Origin: Bryobacteraceae bacterium
GTDB lineage: Bacteria > Acidobacteriota > Terriglobia > Bryobacterales > Bryobacteraceae
Length of the DNA stretch: 64,000 nt
Reading direction: 5' to 3'
Assembly (NCBI GenBank): GCA_963668605.1
Contig: OY764903.1
Location: forward strand, 2,341,246 to 2,405,245
Shown: positions 44,094 to 53,227 of the stretch, in pieces
How positions within the stretch are numbered: the first letter of the stretch is position 1
Layout of the letters: each line of letters starts with the position of its first letter
Position numbers and translations under genes: made by a program
The notes under the pieces: generated by a model
Seen by the model: only the letters and a program-made list of their open reading frames with translations
Databases searched by the model: none
What the model was told of the DNA's origin: nothing

Positions 44094-45896
44094 CTACTTC
44101 CACAAGCGCCGCACCACGCCGATGAGGATGCCTCCCGAAACGAAGACCACTCCCAGTAGCGCCGCCGCATAGCCGTTGCGGCCATACAGAAAGTTTCCGA
44201 CGGTGAACAGCGAGGACCAGATCACCAGGCTGCCGGTGACCCAGCCGACGAGCGCGAGCGGGATATTGTCGTTCTTTGCATAGGCCTGGGCTTCGGCTTC
44301 GGAAACGCCGGCCTCGATGCGGATGCGCCGCCAACCCGGGCCGAGCGGATGCACTTTGCGGTAAAAATCGATCAGCGTTTGGCGGTCCGTGCGCGGCCCC
44401 AAAAACGCGGCGATCAGCCAACAGATAGTCGTAAACGCAATCGTCGCCAGCAGCTCTTTGTGCGTGCCCAGCCGCACGCCGTTTTTGTGGAGCAGCAGGA
44501 AGGCGATTGAGATTGCAAACGAACTCGTCATCGCGACGATCTCGCACCACGCCGTGATGCGCCACCAGAACCAGCGCAACAGGTACAGCAATCCGGTGCC
44601 GGCGCCGACCTGCAGCATGATGTTGAAGTTATCCTGCGCGGTTTCGAGCAGGAATACCATGGCGGAGGAAACAACGAAGAGGCCCACGGTTGCGAGCCGG
44701 CCCGCGCGCACGTACTCTTTCTCGGTCCCGTTCCGATTGAGGAAGCGCCGGTAGAAGTCGTGCACCAGATATGAGGCGCCCCAATTCAGGTGCGTCAAAA
44801 TCGTGGAAGAATTCGCGGCGATCAATCCACCCACCATCAGGCCGATCCAGCCGGTGGGCAGAAATCTCAACATGGCCGGGTAGGCGATGTCGTGTCCGAT
44901 AAGGGCGGGATCCATGTCCGGCAGCGCCTTCTGGATGTCGGAGAGCTCCGGATAGACAACGATGGATGCAAGCCCGACCAGAATCCAGGGCCAGGGCCGC
45001 AGCACATAGTGGGCAATGTTGAAGAAGAGCGTGCCGCCGAGCGAGTCCTTCTCCGATTTCGACGCAAGCATGCGTTGCGCGATGTAGCTGCCGCCGCCGG
45101 GTTCCGCTCCGGGATACCAGACGGCCCACCACTGCACTGCGAGGGGCATGACGAAGATCGCCACCGCAAGATCCCAGTTGCTGGTGAAGTCCGGCATCAT
45201 GTTCAGGTAGTTGATGCCGCCCGGTCCCTGGACGTGCGAGAGTTTCTCGACCAACCCGCTCATCCCGCCCACCTGCGGCAGGTTGATGGCGAACCAGGCT
45301 GCCGCGATGACAGCGGTCATCTTGATGAAGAACTGAATCATGTCGATCACGAGCACGCCCCACAAGCCAGAGTGCGCGGCGAAGGCGACGTTGAGCAATC
45401 CAACGGCCAGTAACGTCTGCCAACGGCTGAAGCCAAAGAGCACATTGGCGATCTTGCAGGCCGCCAGATTGACTGAGGCCATAATGATGCAGTTGAAGAA
45501 GAGACCGAGGTAGATCGCGCGAAAGCCGCGCACTGCGCTGGCTGCCCGGCCCGAATAGCGCAGCTCATAAAACTCGAGATCGGTGAGCACGCCGGAACGG
45601 CGCCACAGGCGCGCGAAGAAGAACACCGTGGAAACGCCAGTCAGCGTGAACGCCCACCACTGCCAGTTGCCGGCCACGCCCTGTGTGCGCACAAAGTTGG
45701 TGACCAGGTTCGGCGTGTCGCTTGAAAACGTAGTGGCCACCATCGAGATGCCCGCAAGCCACCACGGCACGGAGCGTCCGGAAGCGAAGAACTCGGTGGT
45801 GCTTTTACCGGAGCGCTTTCCAAAAAACAGCGCTGGCAGGAAACAGATCAACACCGAACCAATGGCGATTACCCAGTCGAGCGGTTGTAGAGTCAT
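44094..45896 (-). CDS. sodium:solute symporter family transporter
   Basis: 600 aa, about 13-14 TM helices, with an N-terminal FFASGRSVPWWLAGISMVATTFSSDTP pattern. Confidence 0.9.
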   Translation of the reverse strand: MTLQPLDWVIAIGSVLICFLPALFFGKRSGKSTTEFFASGRSVPWWLAGISMVATTFSSDTPNLVTNFVRTQGVAGNWQWWAFTLTGVSTVFFFARLWRRSGVLTDLEFYELRYSGRAASAVRGFRAIYLGLFFNCIIMASVNLAACKIANVLFGFSRWQTLLAVGLLNVAFAAHSGLWGVLVIDMIQFFIKMTAVIAAAWFAINLPQVGGMSGLVEKLSHVQGPGGINYLNMMPDFTSNWDLAVAIFVMPLAVQWWAVWYPGAEPGGGSYIAQRMLASKSEKDSLGGTLFFNIAHYVLRPWPWILVGLASIVVYPELSDIQKALPDMDPALIGHDIAYPAMLRFLPTGWIGLMVGGLIAANSSTILTHLNWGASYLVHDFYRRFLNRNGTEKEYVRAGRLATVGLFVVSSAMVFLLETAQDNFNIMLQVGAGTGLLYLLRWFWWRITAWCEIVAMTSSFAISIAFLLLHKNGVRLGTHKELLATIAFTTICWLIAAFLGPRTDRQTLIDFYRKVHPLGPGWRRIRIEAGVSEAEAQAYAKNDNIPLALVGWVTGSLVIWSSLFTVGNFLYGRNGYAAALLGVVFVSGGILIGVVRRLWK

Positions 45897-46412
45897 GTAT
45901 GGGCCTGAACGATGAGCATAGCGCGGACGCTTGGTGCGGGGCTACTGCCCCGTCGCCTTGGGCATTGCACGTTTTGATCCCCGCCTGCGCGTCTGGATCG
46001 GCTTTCCAGAAATCCGGGCACGGCGCCACCCGCTCCGTCTCGCCGATGAGGATATCCAATAGAAAATGCGCCTTTCCCGGCACCGCTGGATCTCGTTCTG
46101 GTATAAATTCCAATAGCAGGCAGGACAGAATTAACGGCGGCAGAAAGGAGTGCCGAGGTGCGCAACACACTCGTGTTCTTGCTTCACCTCGCTCCGTCGC
46201 TGGCGCTGAGAGGCGCGCAACGCAAGGCATGGAAGGCCACCGTTGCCGCTGAGGTTATGCCAGTCCGTTTTTTGGACTAAGGCGTTTGTACGGACGAAGG
46301 AATCTTGCACCGGCACTCACACTCGCAATGACTTGACTAAGACTTACGCCGCACAGATGCAAGTATCCCCCGGCAGAGCCGGAGGCCTTATTTTGTGAGC
46401 CGCTCAAAGCGG

Positions 46413-46622
46413 CTATAGAGGGTCGCTAACGCGGCCGGGTATGAGGCTCACGCTGCCATCCCAGCGGGTAGCGCTGCGGTCGGTGACTCCTAGAAGGATG
46501 CGGAACGTGGCGCCTCTGGGCATCGAGTTTTGCGCCTCGCCCGTGCGGTTCCGCGAATGCACCGCCAATCCCGCCGCGATCGCAACAGCCGGCAGCATGA
46601 AGAGTAAAGTCTTCCGTTGCAC
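46413..46622 (-). CDS. small putative secreted protein, doubtful
   Basis: Signal-peptide-like N-terminus, 16 nt downstream of the TonB receptor gene. The C-terminal codons lie in a degenerate family 2 repeat fragment, so it may be spurious or a remnant. Confidence 0.3.
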   Translation of the reverse strand: MQRKTLLFMLPAVAIAAGLAVHSRNRTGEAQNSMPRGATFRILLGVTDRSATRWDGSVSLIPGRVSDPL

Positions 46623-46637
46623 TTAAGTCTCCCCATC

Positions 46638-49600
46638 TCAAAACGACAACTTCAACGCAAACTGCATGCTCCGGCCGTTATTAGCCTGCGTAATCGTACC
46701 CCCATTAGCCGCATTCACGTTGACGTTAGGCAGGTTGAAATTGGGGTGGTTGGCTATGTTGAAAACCTCCCAGCGGAATTGCGTGCGGAGCCGCTCCGTG
46801 AGTTTGAAGTTCTTGTAGGCGCCCAGATTGATCAACAGCAAGCCGGGACCGTCGAGGATATTCCGCCCGGAGTTGCCCATCCGGAAAGATCCCGTGGGGA
46901 CAAGCGGGAACGCACTCAGGTCGAACCATTGCTCCACTGCCGGATTCGGGACCGTTCCGAACGCGATACGGTCGGGACGATTGGCTTCGCCCTGGTCAAG
47001 CTGCACATTAGAGGTCTGCGGCGTGAACGGTTGCCCGCTGTAAGCCCGTCCGGAACCAGTGAGTTGCCAACCGCCGATCCAGCGGTTGCGTCCGAGCGGC
47101 AACTGGTAGTTGAAGTTGAGAGTCACCGTGTGCAAGTTATCGAAATCGCTTCGCCCGCGCTCCAGGCTCAGATTGCGCGCATCCTGCGCGCCACCGTACC
47201 CGCCGTCGGCTGCGCCCTGCAACTGCGAGGCTTCATCGATTGACTTAGCAAGAATATAGTTCAATCGGAAGAAGAATCCCGCCGCGAAGCGCCGGCGCCA
47301 CGTCGCCATGAAGGCGTTATAGTTCGAATTTGAACCGTAAGCGTAGTATTGGACGTCGTTGATGCCGGCGTAAGGACGGGGGAAGGAGCCTGTGCCGCCG
47401 GGCAGGAGCGCCGGATCGCGGATCGGCTGGTTGATGTTGTAGCGGCGCCCGAGGTGAGTGCCCTTCGAGCCGACGTATGCGAGTTCAATCGCGGTGCTGC
47501 GGCCGATGTCCCGCTCGATCGTGAGGTTCCAGCTCTGCACATACTGCGGCGGCTGCCACACTTGTATCCCGAAGGAATTCGTGACTCCGGCGATGTTACC
47601 GCGGCCCTCCGGGAAAGGATTAACGAAGGAAATGACATTGGGATCGGATGTAACACGGTTGAAGGTTTGGTCCGTACTGAACGGGAAGACGTCGGCAAGA
47701 TCGCCTCGGATGTTATTTGCCAGCGATCCTGCATAAAAGAAGCCATAACCGCCGCGTACGACCATCTTCGTAGTCGCCCAGGGGCGCCAGGCTAATCCGA
47801 ATCGCGGCGCCAGCATGTTCCAGTTGGTAAACGTCAGCGAGCGCGGCAATCCTACATCAGCCGCAAAAACCACTTTGTCCGTCAGTCCGGCCTGCTGGAT
47901 CGCCTGGTCCATGTTCGGCAACGCGTCGTGACTCGCAATGACGATCTTGCCAAGCTCCGGCACAAAGTTTGCGTAACGGCCCTTGCGTTCGAACATCGGC
48001 TGATTGATCTCGTAGCGCAGCCCGATGTTAAGCGTCACGGAGCGGTTTACACGCCACTCGTCCTGTGCAAACAGACCGCCGTTCATATTGATCAGTTGCG
48101 GATCCGAGGCCACCGTCTTGCGTGTGGCGTTGTTCAAATAGCCGAGCAGAAAATCGCCAAACGGAGCGTTCGTCCAGCGGCCCAGAAAATTGTACGTGCC
48201 GCGCATGTTGTTCATGGTCGGCTGGTAATACTGCATCTGCATGACGTCGCCGCCGAACTTCCAGATATGCTTCCCGCGCACAACGGTCAGCGTCCCCCCA
48301 AGGTCGAGGTTCATGGTGGTGAAAACCGTTGGCTGTGCGGAGGCGTTGCCAATCGCAACCAGGTCCCGCACGGTGATGCGCGGGAATCCGTAAGCCGCGG
48401 GGCTGGCCGGACTCGGCAGGCCAAGAGTCGCGTTCCAGTTCGTGCCCTGGTGTATCGAGTACGCGTTCTGCTTCTGCCGGGAAAAACCCACTCGCAGTTC
48501 GTGGATCAACGTTGGCGTCCAAAGCCGCGTCCACGTGACGCCTCCCAAGCTCAGCTCGGTCGGAGTTCGATTTCCAAACAACCCGCTATCGCTCCCGCCG
48601 AACGGGTTCCCGGTATCGTTCACTCGCCGGACGTAGCGAACCGAGAGGCTGTCCTTGTCCGTCAGGCGATGATCCACCTTGCCAAGCAAGGTCCTCCAGT
48701 TATCCGTGTCGGCGCTGACAGCCCGGAAGTTATTCACCTGCCCCGGTAGGTTTGGGAGCGGATAGAAAGGCAGGATGTTCTTTGACACCGTACTCAGGCG
48801 TGTCGCTGGTATGATGTTTCCCGGAAAAGCGCTCTTCGAGAGCGGATCAGTAAGACTGACCAGCTTGCCCGTGGCCGTATCACGGCTCTGCGTGAAATTG
48901 CCTGCGCGTTCCAGTTCCGTCGGCACAGCCGTCAGCCGCGTGGAGCCCTGAACCTGCCGGTAGCTCTCCCAACTGAACAGAAAAAAGGTTCGATTCCGTC
49001 CGTTGTACAGCTTGGGCAAATAGACAGGTCCGCTCACAGTGGCGCCGTACTGGTTCCGGCGCAAGCTCGTTTTGGCCGCGTCGAAGAAGTTGCGGGCATC
49101 AAAAACGTCGTTGCGCAGAAACTCGAAGAGCGAGCCGTGTAGTTGGTTCGTGCCGCTCCTGAGAACCATCGACATCACGCCACCGGCCAGCCGGCCGTAC
49201 TCGGCCTGATATGCGCTTGTGTGGAGCTTGTACTCCTGCAGCGCGTCTATGGGCGGCCGCACCTGCGCTCCCCCGCCTTTCATGCTGTTGTTCTGAAAAC
49301 CGTCGACGAGGAAAGTCGTGTTGTCCGAGCGTGTGCCGTTGATATTGAGCGCGGATCCGGATGCGCCCTGCGCCGAGCGATTGACGCCGGGCACCATGAA
49401 GGTCAGATCGTTGAAGTCCCTGCCTTCGAGGGGCATCTCCATGATCTCCTGCTTCGCGATGACATCGCCGCGCGTGGCGTTCTCCGTGTTGATGAGCGGC
49501 ACGTCGGCCCGAACTTCCATGGATTCGGAGACGTCGCCGACCGTCATCTTGAACTCGAAGCGGGCCGTCTGGTCCCCTTCCAGTTCAAACTCAGCCTCGT

Positions 49601-49847
49601 GGATTTTCTTGAAACCAGGCTTCTCACCCACAAATGAATAAGTTCCCGGAGCGAGATTTGTGACGGCAAACTCGCCTTCGATCTCCGTGACCGCCGCTCG
49701 GATCTCGCCGGTATCTATGTTTTGAATTTGGATCTTGACGCCGGGCAGTGAAGCGCCGCTCGGGTCCTCGATCGTTCCCACCACAGTCGCTGTTGGTGTC
49801 TGGCCATAGGCCAGAGGTGTCAGCATCAGAACCCAAAGTACCCTCAT
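46638..49847 (-). CDS. TonB-dependent receptor with N-terminal CarboxypepD_reg domain
   Basis: Signal peptide, GTIEDPSGASLPGVKIQIQN..., a plug region, a long beta-barrel, and a terminal F. AGGAGA SD. Confidence 0.9.
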   Translation of the reverse strand: MRVLWVLMLTPLAYGQTPTATVVGTIEDPSGASLPGVKIQIQNIDTGEIRAAVTEIEGEFAVTNLAPGTYSFVGEKPGFKKIHEAEFELEGDQTARFEFKMTVGDVSESMEVRADVPLINTENATRGDVIAKQEIMEMPLEGRDFNDLTFMVPGVNRSAQGASGSALNINGTRSDNTTFLVDGFQNNSMKGGGAQVRPPIDALQEYKLHTSAYQAEYGRLAGGVMSMVLRSGTNQLHGSLFEFLRNDVFDARNFFDAAKTSLRRNQYGATVSGPVYLPKLYNGRNRTFFLFSWESYRQVQGSTRLTAVPTELERAGNFTQSRDTATGKLVSLTDPLSKSAFPGNIIPATRLSTVSKNILPFYPLPNLPGQVNNFRAVSADTDNWRTLLGKVDHRLTDKDSLSVRYVRRVNDTGNPFGGSDSGLFGNRTPTELSLGGVTWTRLWTPTLIHELRVGFSRQKQNAYSIHQGTNWNATLGLPSPASPAAYGFPRITVRDLVAIGNASAQPTVFTTMNLDLGGTLTVVRGKHIWKFGGDVMQMQYYQPTMNNMRGTYNFLGRWTNAPFGDFLLGYLNNATRKTVASDPQLINMNGGLFAQDEWRVNRSVTLNIGLRYEINQPMFERKGRYANFVPELGKIVIASHDALPNMDQAIQQAGLTDKVVFAADVGLPRSLTFTNWNMLAPRFGLAWRPWATTKMVVRGGYGFFYAGSLANNIRGDLADVFPFSTDQTFNRVTSDPNVISFVNPFPEGRGNIAGVTNSFGIQVWQPPQYVQSWNLTIERDIGRSTAIELAYVGSKGTHLGRRYNINQPIRDPALLPGGTGSFPRPYAGINDVQYYAYGSNSNYNAFMATWRRRFAAGFFFRLNYILAKSIDEASQLQGAADGGYGGAQDARNLSLERGRSDFDNLHTVTLNFNYQLPLGRNRWIGGWQLTGSGRAYSGQPFTPQTSNVQLDQGEANRPDRIAFGTVPNPAVEQWFDLSAFPLVPTGSFRMGNSGRNILDGPGLLLINLGAYKNFKLTERLRTQFRWEVFNIANHPNFNLPNVNVNAANGGTITQANNGRSMQFALKLSF

Positions 49848-50104
49848 GACTTTGTCTCCTGAAACCCCAATTCATGGTGATGCCGTTGGTCGACGGTGTC
49901 AATGGTAAAGCGACTGCGATCAGCCGCGTCGCGCGCCCACACCTCATCCCGCTCACACTTCAGGGAAGCCCGGGCCCACTCGGCGAGATAGCTGTGGCGT
50001 AAGAGGTTCTGGTGCAGCCGCTCCGCTTTGAGAGGCTCCGTTTACTCACGAAGTGGCACTGGCGACCGCCGGCAAGAGATAGCGCGGCGACGGCCGATAT
50101 ACCG

Positions 50105-53100
50105 TTATGCGACAGGCTCGGCGAGGATCTGTTTAGCGGTCTTCTTGCGGCGGCCGAACCATTCCTGCAGGCCGGCCATGTATGTGTAGAACACCGGCGT
50201 GAGGTAGAGGGTAACAAGTTGCGAGAAGATGAGGCCGCCGACGACAGCGAGGCCGAGCGGCTGGCGGGCTTCGCCGCCGGCTCCATAGCCTACCGCGATG
50301 GGGACCGCGCCGAGCAGGGCGGCCATGGTGGTCATCATAATGGGGCGGAAGCGGATGAGGCAGCCCTGATAGATGGCTTCCATCGGGGCCATGCCGCTGC
50401 GCTCGGCGTCGAGCGCAAAGTCGATCTGCATAATGGCGTTCTTCTCGACGATGCCGATCAGCATGATGACGCCGACGAAGGCATAGATGTTTAGGTCCAT
50501 CTTGAACAGATAGAGGGTCAGCAGCGCACCGAAGCCGGCCGATGGGAGCCCGGACAGAATCGTGAGCGGGTGAATGTAGCTCTCGTACAGGATGCCGAGC
50601 ACGATGTAAACGACCATGATGGCAATGATGAGCAGGACCCACAGGTTGCCCAGCGAACTCTGGAAAGCTTTGGCTGCGCCCTGGAAACTGGTGCTGATGG
50701 AATCCGGCAAGAGCTCGTTGGCGGTCTTCTGAACCTGATCGACCGCAGTGCCGAGAGAATAGCCGGGCTTTATGTCGAATGAAATGGTCGCCGCGGGGAG
50801 CTGTCCGTAGTGATTGATGGATTGCGGGCCGGTCTCCAGCTTGATTTCGGCCAGCGTGTCGAGCGGTATCAGGCGCCCGAGCGTGTTCTTGAAATAGAGC
50901 AGCGAGAGCGCCTTGGGATCCTGTTGGTATTCCGGCTTGAGTTCGAGCAGGACCTTATACTCATTGATGGGCGAGTAGATCGTGGAGACCCAACGCGGGC
51001 CGTAAGCGTCGTAGAGCGAGTTCTCGATCTGCTGGGCGTTCACCTGGACCGCGGCGGCTTTGTCGCGATCGATCGTGATGTTGACCTGCGGGTTCTTGAT
51101 GAGCACGTCGCTGGTGACGTCCTGCAATCCGGGCACGTCGCTTAGCTTCTTCTGAAGTTCCTGGGCGGATTCGTAAAGCACCTTTTTGTCGGGCGACACC
51201 ATGTTGAATTGGTACAGGCTCTTGGTCACCTGGCCGCCGATGCGGATGGTGGGCGGATTCTGCAGATAGACCTGCATGCCGGTGATGTTGTCGAGCTTGG
51301 GGCGCAGTTCCTTGATGACATCGTTGACGAGAAGTTTGCGCTGGGCGCGCGGCTTCAGGTGGATTACGAGCTGGCCGAAGTTGGGTCCGCCGAGCGTGGT
51401 AGCGGTGGTGCCGCCGATGCTGGAGACAAGCGCATCCACGTTGGGATCCTTGCGTACGATGTCCGCGATCACCTGCTGATATTCGACCATCTGCCGGAAG
51501 GATGTGCCTTGTTCCGCTTCGGTGATGGCGACCAACTGATCGGTGTCCTGATCGGGCAGGAAGCCCTTGGGGATCCGGATAAACATGACAACCGTCGCGG
51601 CCAGTCCGATGACGAAGAGCGCCATGCCGGCGGGCCGGTAGCGGAGCACGACCTTGAGCGAGCGGTCATAGACGTTCAGCATTCCGGTAAAGAACGCTTC
51701 CGTAACGCGGTAGAACCAGCCGTGCTTCCGCTCCTTAAAAGGCCGTAGGAATCGGCTGCAGAGCATGGGCGTGAGCGTGACCGAGACGACGCCGGAGATC
51801 AAAATAGCCGCGCAGATGGTGACGGCGAATTCCTTGAAGAGCCGGCCGAGGATGCCGCCAAGGAAGAGAACCGGGATGAAGACGGCGGCGAGGGAGAGCG
51901 TCATGGAGACGATAGTGAAACCGATTTCGCGCGAGCCGACGACGGCGGCCTCCAGCGGCCCCTTCCCCATCTCCATGTGCCGGACGATGTTCTCCAGCAT
52001 GACGATGGCGTCGTCGACCACGAACCCCGTCGATAGAATGAGAGCCATCATGGAGAGGTTGTCCAGGCTGTAATCCAGGAGGTACATGACGGCGAAGGTG
52101 CCGACGATGGAGAAGGGTAGCGCGAGGCTGGGGATGGTGGTCGCCGAGAGATTGCGGAGGAAGAGGAAGATGACCATCACGACCAGGCCGAGCGTGAGGA
52201 GCATGGTGAACTTCACGTCCTGATAAGACTCGCGGATGGTCTCCGAACGGTCGTAGAGGATCTTCATGCCGACGGAGGGCGGCAGTTCGGCCTTGAACCG
52301 AGGGAGGAGGCCCTTGACGCCGTCGGCGACTTCCACGGTATTCGTACCTGGCTGGCGTTGAATTCCGAGCACGATGGAGCGCTCTTCGCCGCTGGAGGTG
52401 TAGAGCCAGGAGGCGGTTCTCTCGTCTTCGACGCCGTCGATGATGTTTCCGAGTTCTTCCAAACGCACGGGCGACCCGCGGCGGTAGGCGACGATGAGCG
52501 GGCGGTAGGCGGCCGCGCTCATCAACTGTCCGGAAGCCTGGAGGGTAAAAGCGCGCTGGGGTCCGGTGATGGTGCCGGTGGGCAGGTTGACGTTCCAATT
52601 CTTGAGCGCGGTCTCGACTTCGTTCAAGCCCACCTGCTTGGCGGCCATGGCATGCGGATCCATCTGGATGTGCACGCCGTAGCGCTGGGCGCCGAGCACC
52701 TGGACCTGCGCGACGCCCGAGATCATGGAGATGCGCTGGGCAACGCGCGTTTCGGCGTATTCGTCGAGCGTCCAGAGCGGCATCGTCTTCGACGTCATGG
52801 CGATGTAGAGGATGGGCTGGTCAGCCGGGTTGACCTTTGTGAAGGTGGGAGGCGTGGGCATGCCGGGAGGCAGCATGCGGGAGGACTGTGTGATGGCGGC
52901 CTGGACGTCTACCGCGGCGCCATCGAGGTTCCGGCTCAGATCGAACTCGAGGGTGATCTGGGTGGAGCCGAGCGAGTTGGTGGACGTCATCGATTGCAAG
53001 CCGGCAATCATCGAGAAATTGTTTTCGAGCGGCGTAGCCACGGCGGCGGCCATCGTCTCCGGACTTGCGCCGGGGAGTTGGGCGGTTACCAGCAAGGTCG

Positions 53101-53227
53101 GGAAGTCCACGTTGGGCAGATCACTGACGGGCAGCGAACGGAAGGCGACCAGGCCGAAGAGGGCTATGGCGGCCATGAGCAGGCTGGTTGCGATGGGGCG
53201 ATTGATGAAGCCCAGCGACATGTTCAT
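50105..53227 (-). CDS. RND efflux permease (MdtC-like)
   Basis: 1040 aa, 12-TM AcrB/MdtBC architecture. ATGA overlap with the upstream permease. Confidence 0.95.
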   Translation of the reverse strand: MNMSLGFINRPIATSLLMAAIALFGLVAFRSLPVSDLPNVDFPTLLVTAQLPGASPETMAAAVATPLENNFSMIAGLQSMTSTNSLGSTQITLEFDLSRNLDGAAVDVQAAITQSSRMLPPGMPTPPTFTKVNPADQPILYIAMTSKTMPLWTLDEYAETRVAQRISMISGVAQVQVLGAQRYGVHIQMDPHAMAAKQVGLNEVETALKNWNVNLPTGTITGPQRAFTLQASGQLMSAAAYRPLIVAYRRGSPVRLEELGNIIDGVEDERTASWLYTSSGEERSIVLGIQRQPGTNTVEVADGVKGLLPRFKAELPPSVGMKILYDRSETIRESYQDVKFTMLLTLGLVVMVIFLFLRNLSATTIPSLALPFSIVGTFAVMYLLDYSLDNLSMMALILSTGFVVDDAIVMLENIVRHMEMGKGPLEAAVVGSREIGFTIVSMTLSLAAVFIPVLFLGGILGRLFKEFAVTICAAILISGVVSVTLTPMLCSRFLRPFKERKHGWFYRVTEAFFTGMLNVYDRSLKVVLRYRPAGMALFVIGLAATVVMFIRIPKGFLPDQDTDQLVAITEAEQGTSFRQMVEYQQVIADIVRKDPNVDALVSSIGGTTATTLGGPNFGQLVIHLKPRAQRKLLVNDVIKELRPKLDNITGMQVYLQNPPTIRIGGQVTKSLYQFNMVSPDKKVLYESAQELQKKLSDVPGLQDVTSDVLIKNPQVNITIDRDKAAAVQVNAQQIENSLYDAYGPRWVSTIYSPINEYKVLLELKPEYQQDPKALSLLYFKNTLGRLIPLDTLAEIKLETGPQSINHYGQLPAATISFDIKPGYSLGTAVDQVQKTANELLPDSISTSFQGAAKAFQSSLGNLWVLLIIAIMVVYIVLGILYESYIHPLTILSGLPSAGFGALLTLYLFKMDLNIYAFVGVIMLIGIVEKNAIMQIDFALDAERSGMAPMEAIYQGCLIRFRPIMMTTMAALLGAVPIAVGYGAGGEARQPLGLAVVGGLIFSQLVTLYLTPVFYTYMAGLQEWFGRRKKTAKQILAEPVA

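Noticed and set aside
49848-50104. A cobalamin riboswitch upstream of the TonB-dependent receptor.
   Set aside because: I could recognise no B12 box or the surrounding conserved GC-rich core. Only a chance GCCACTT is present.
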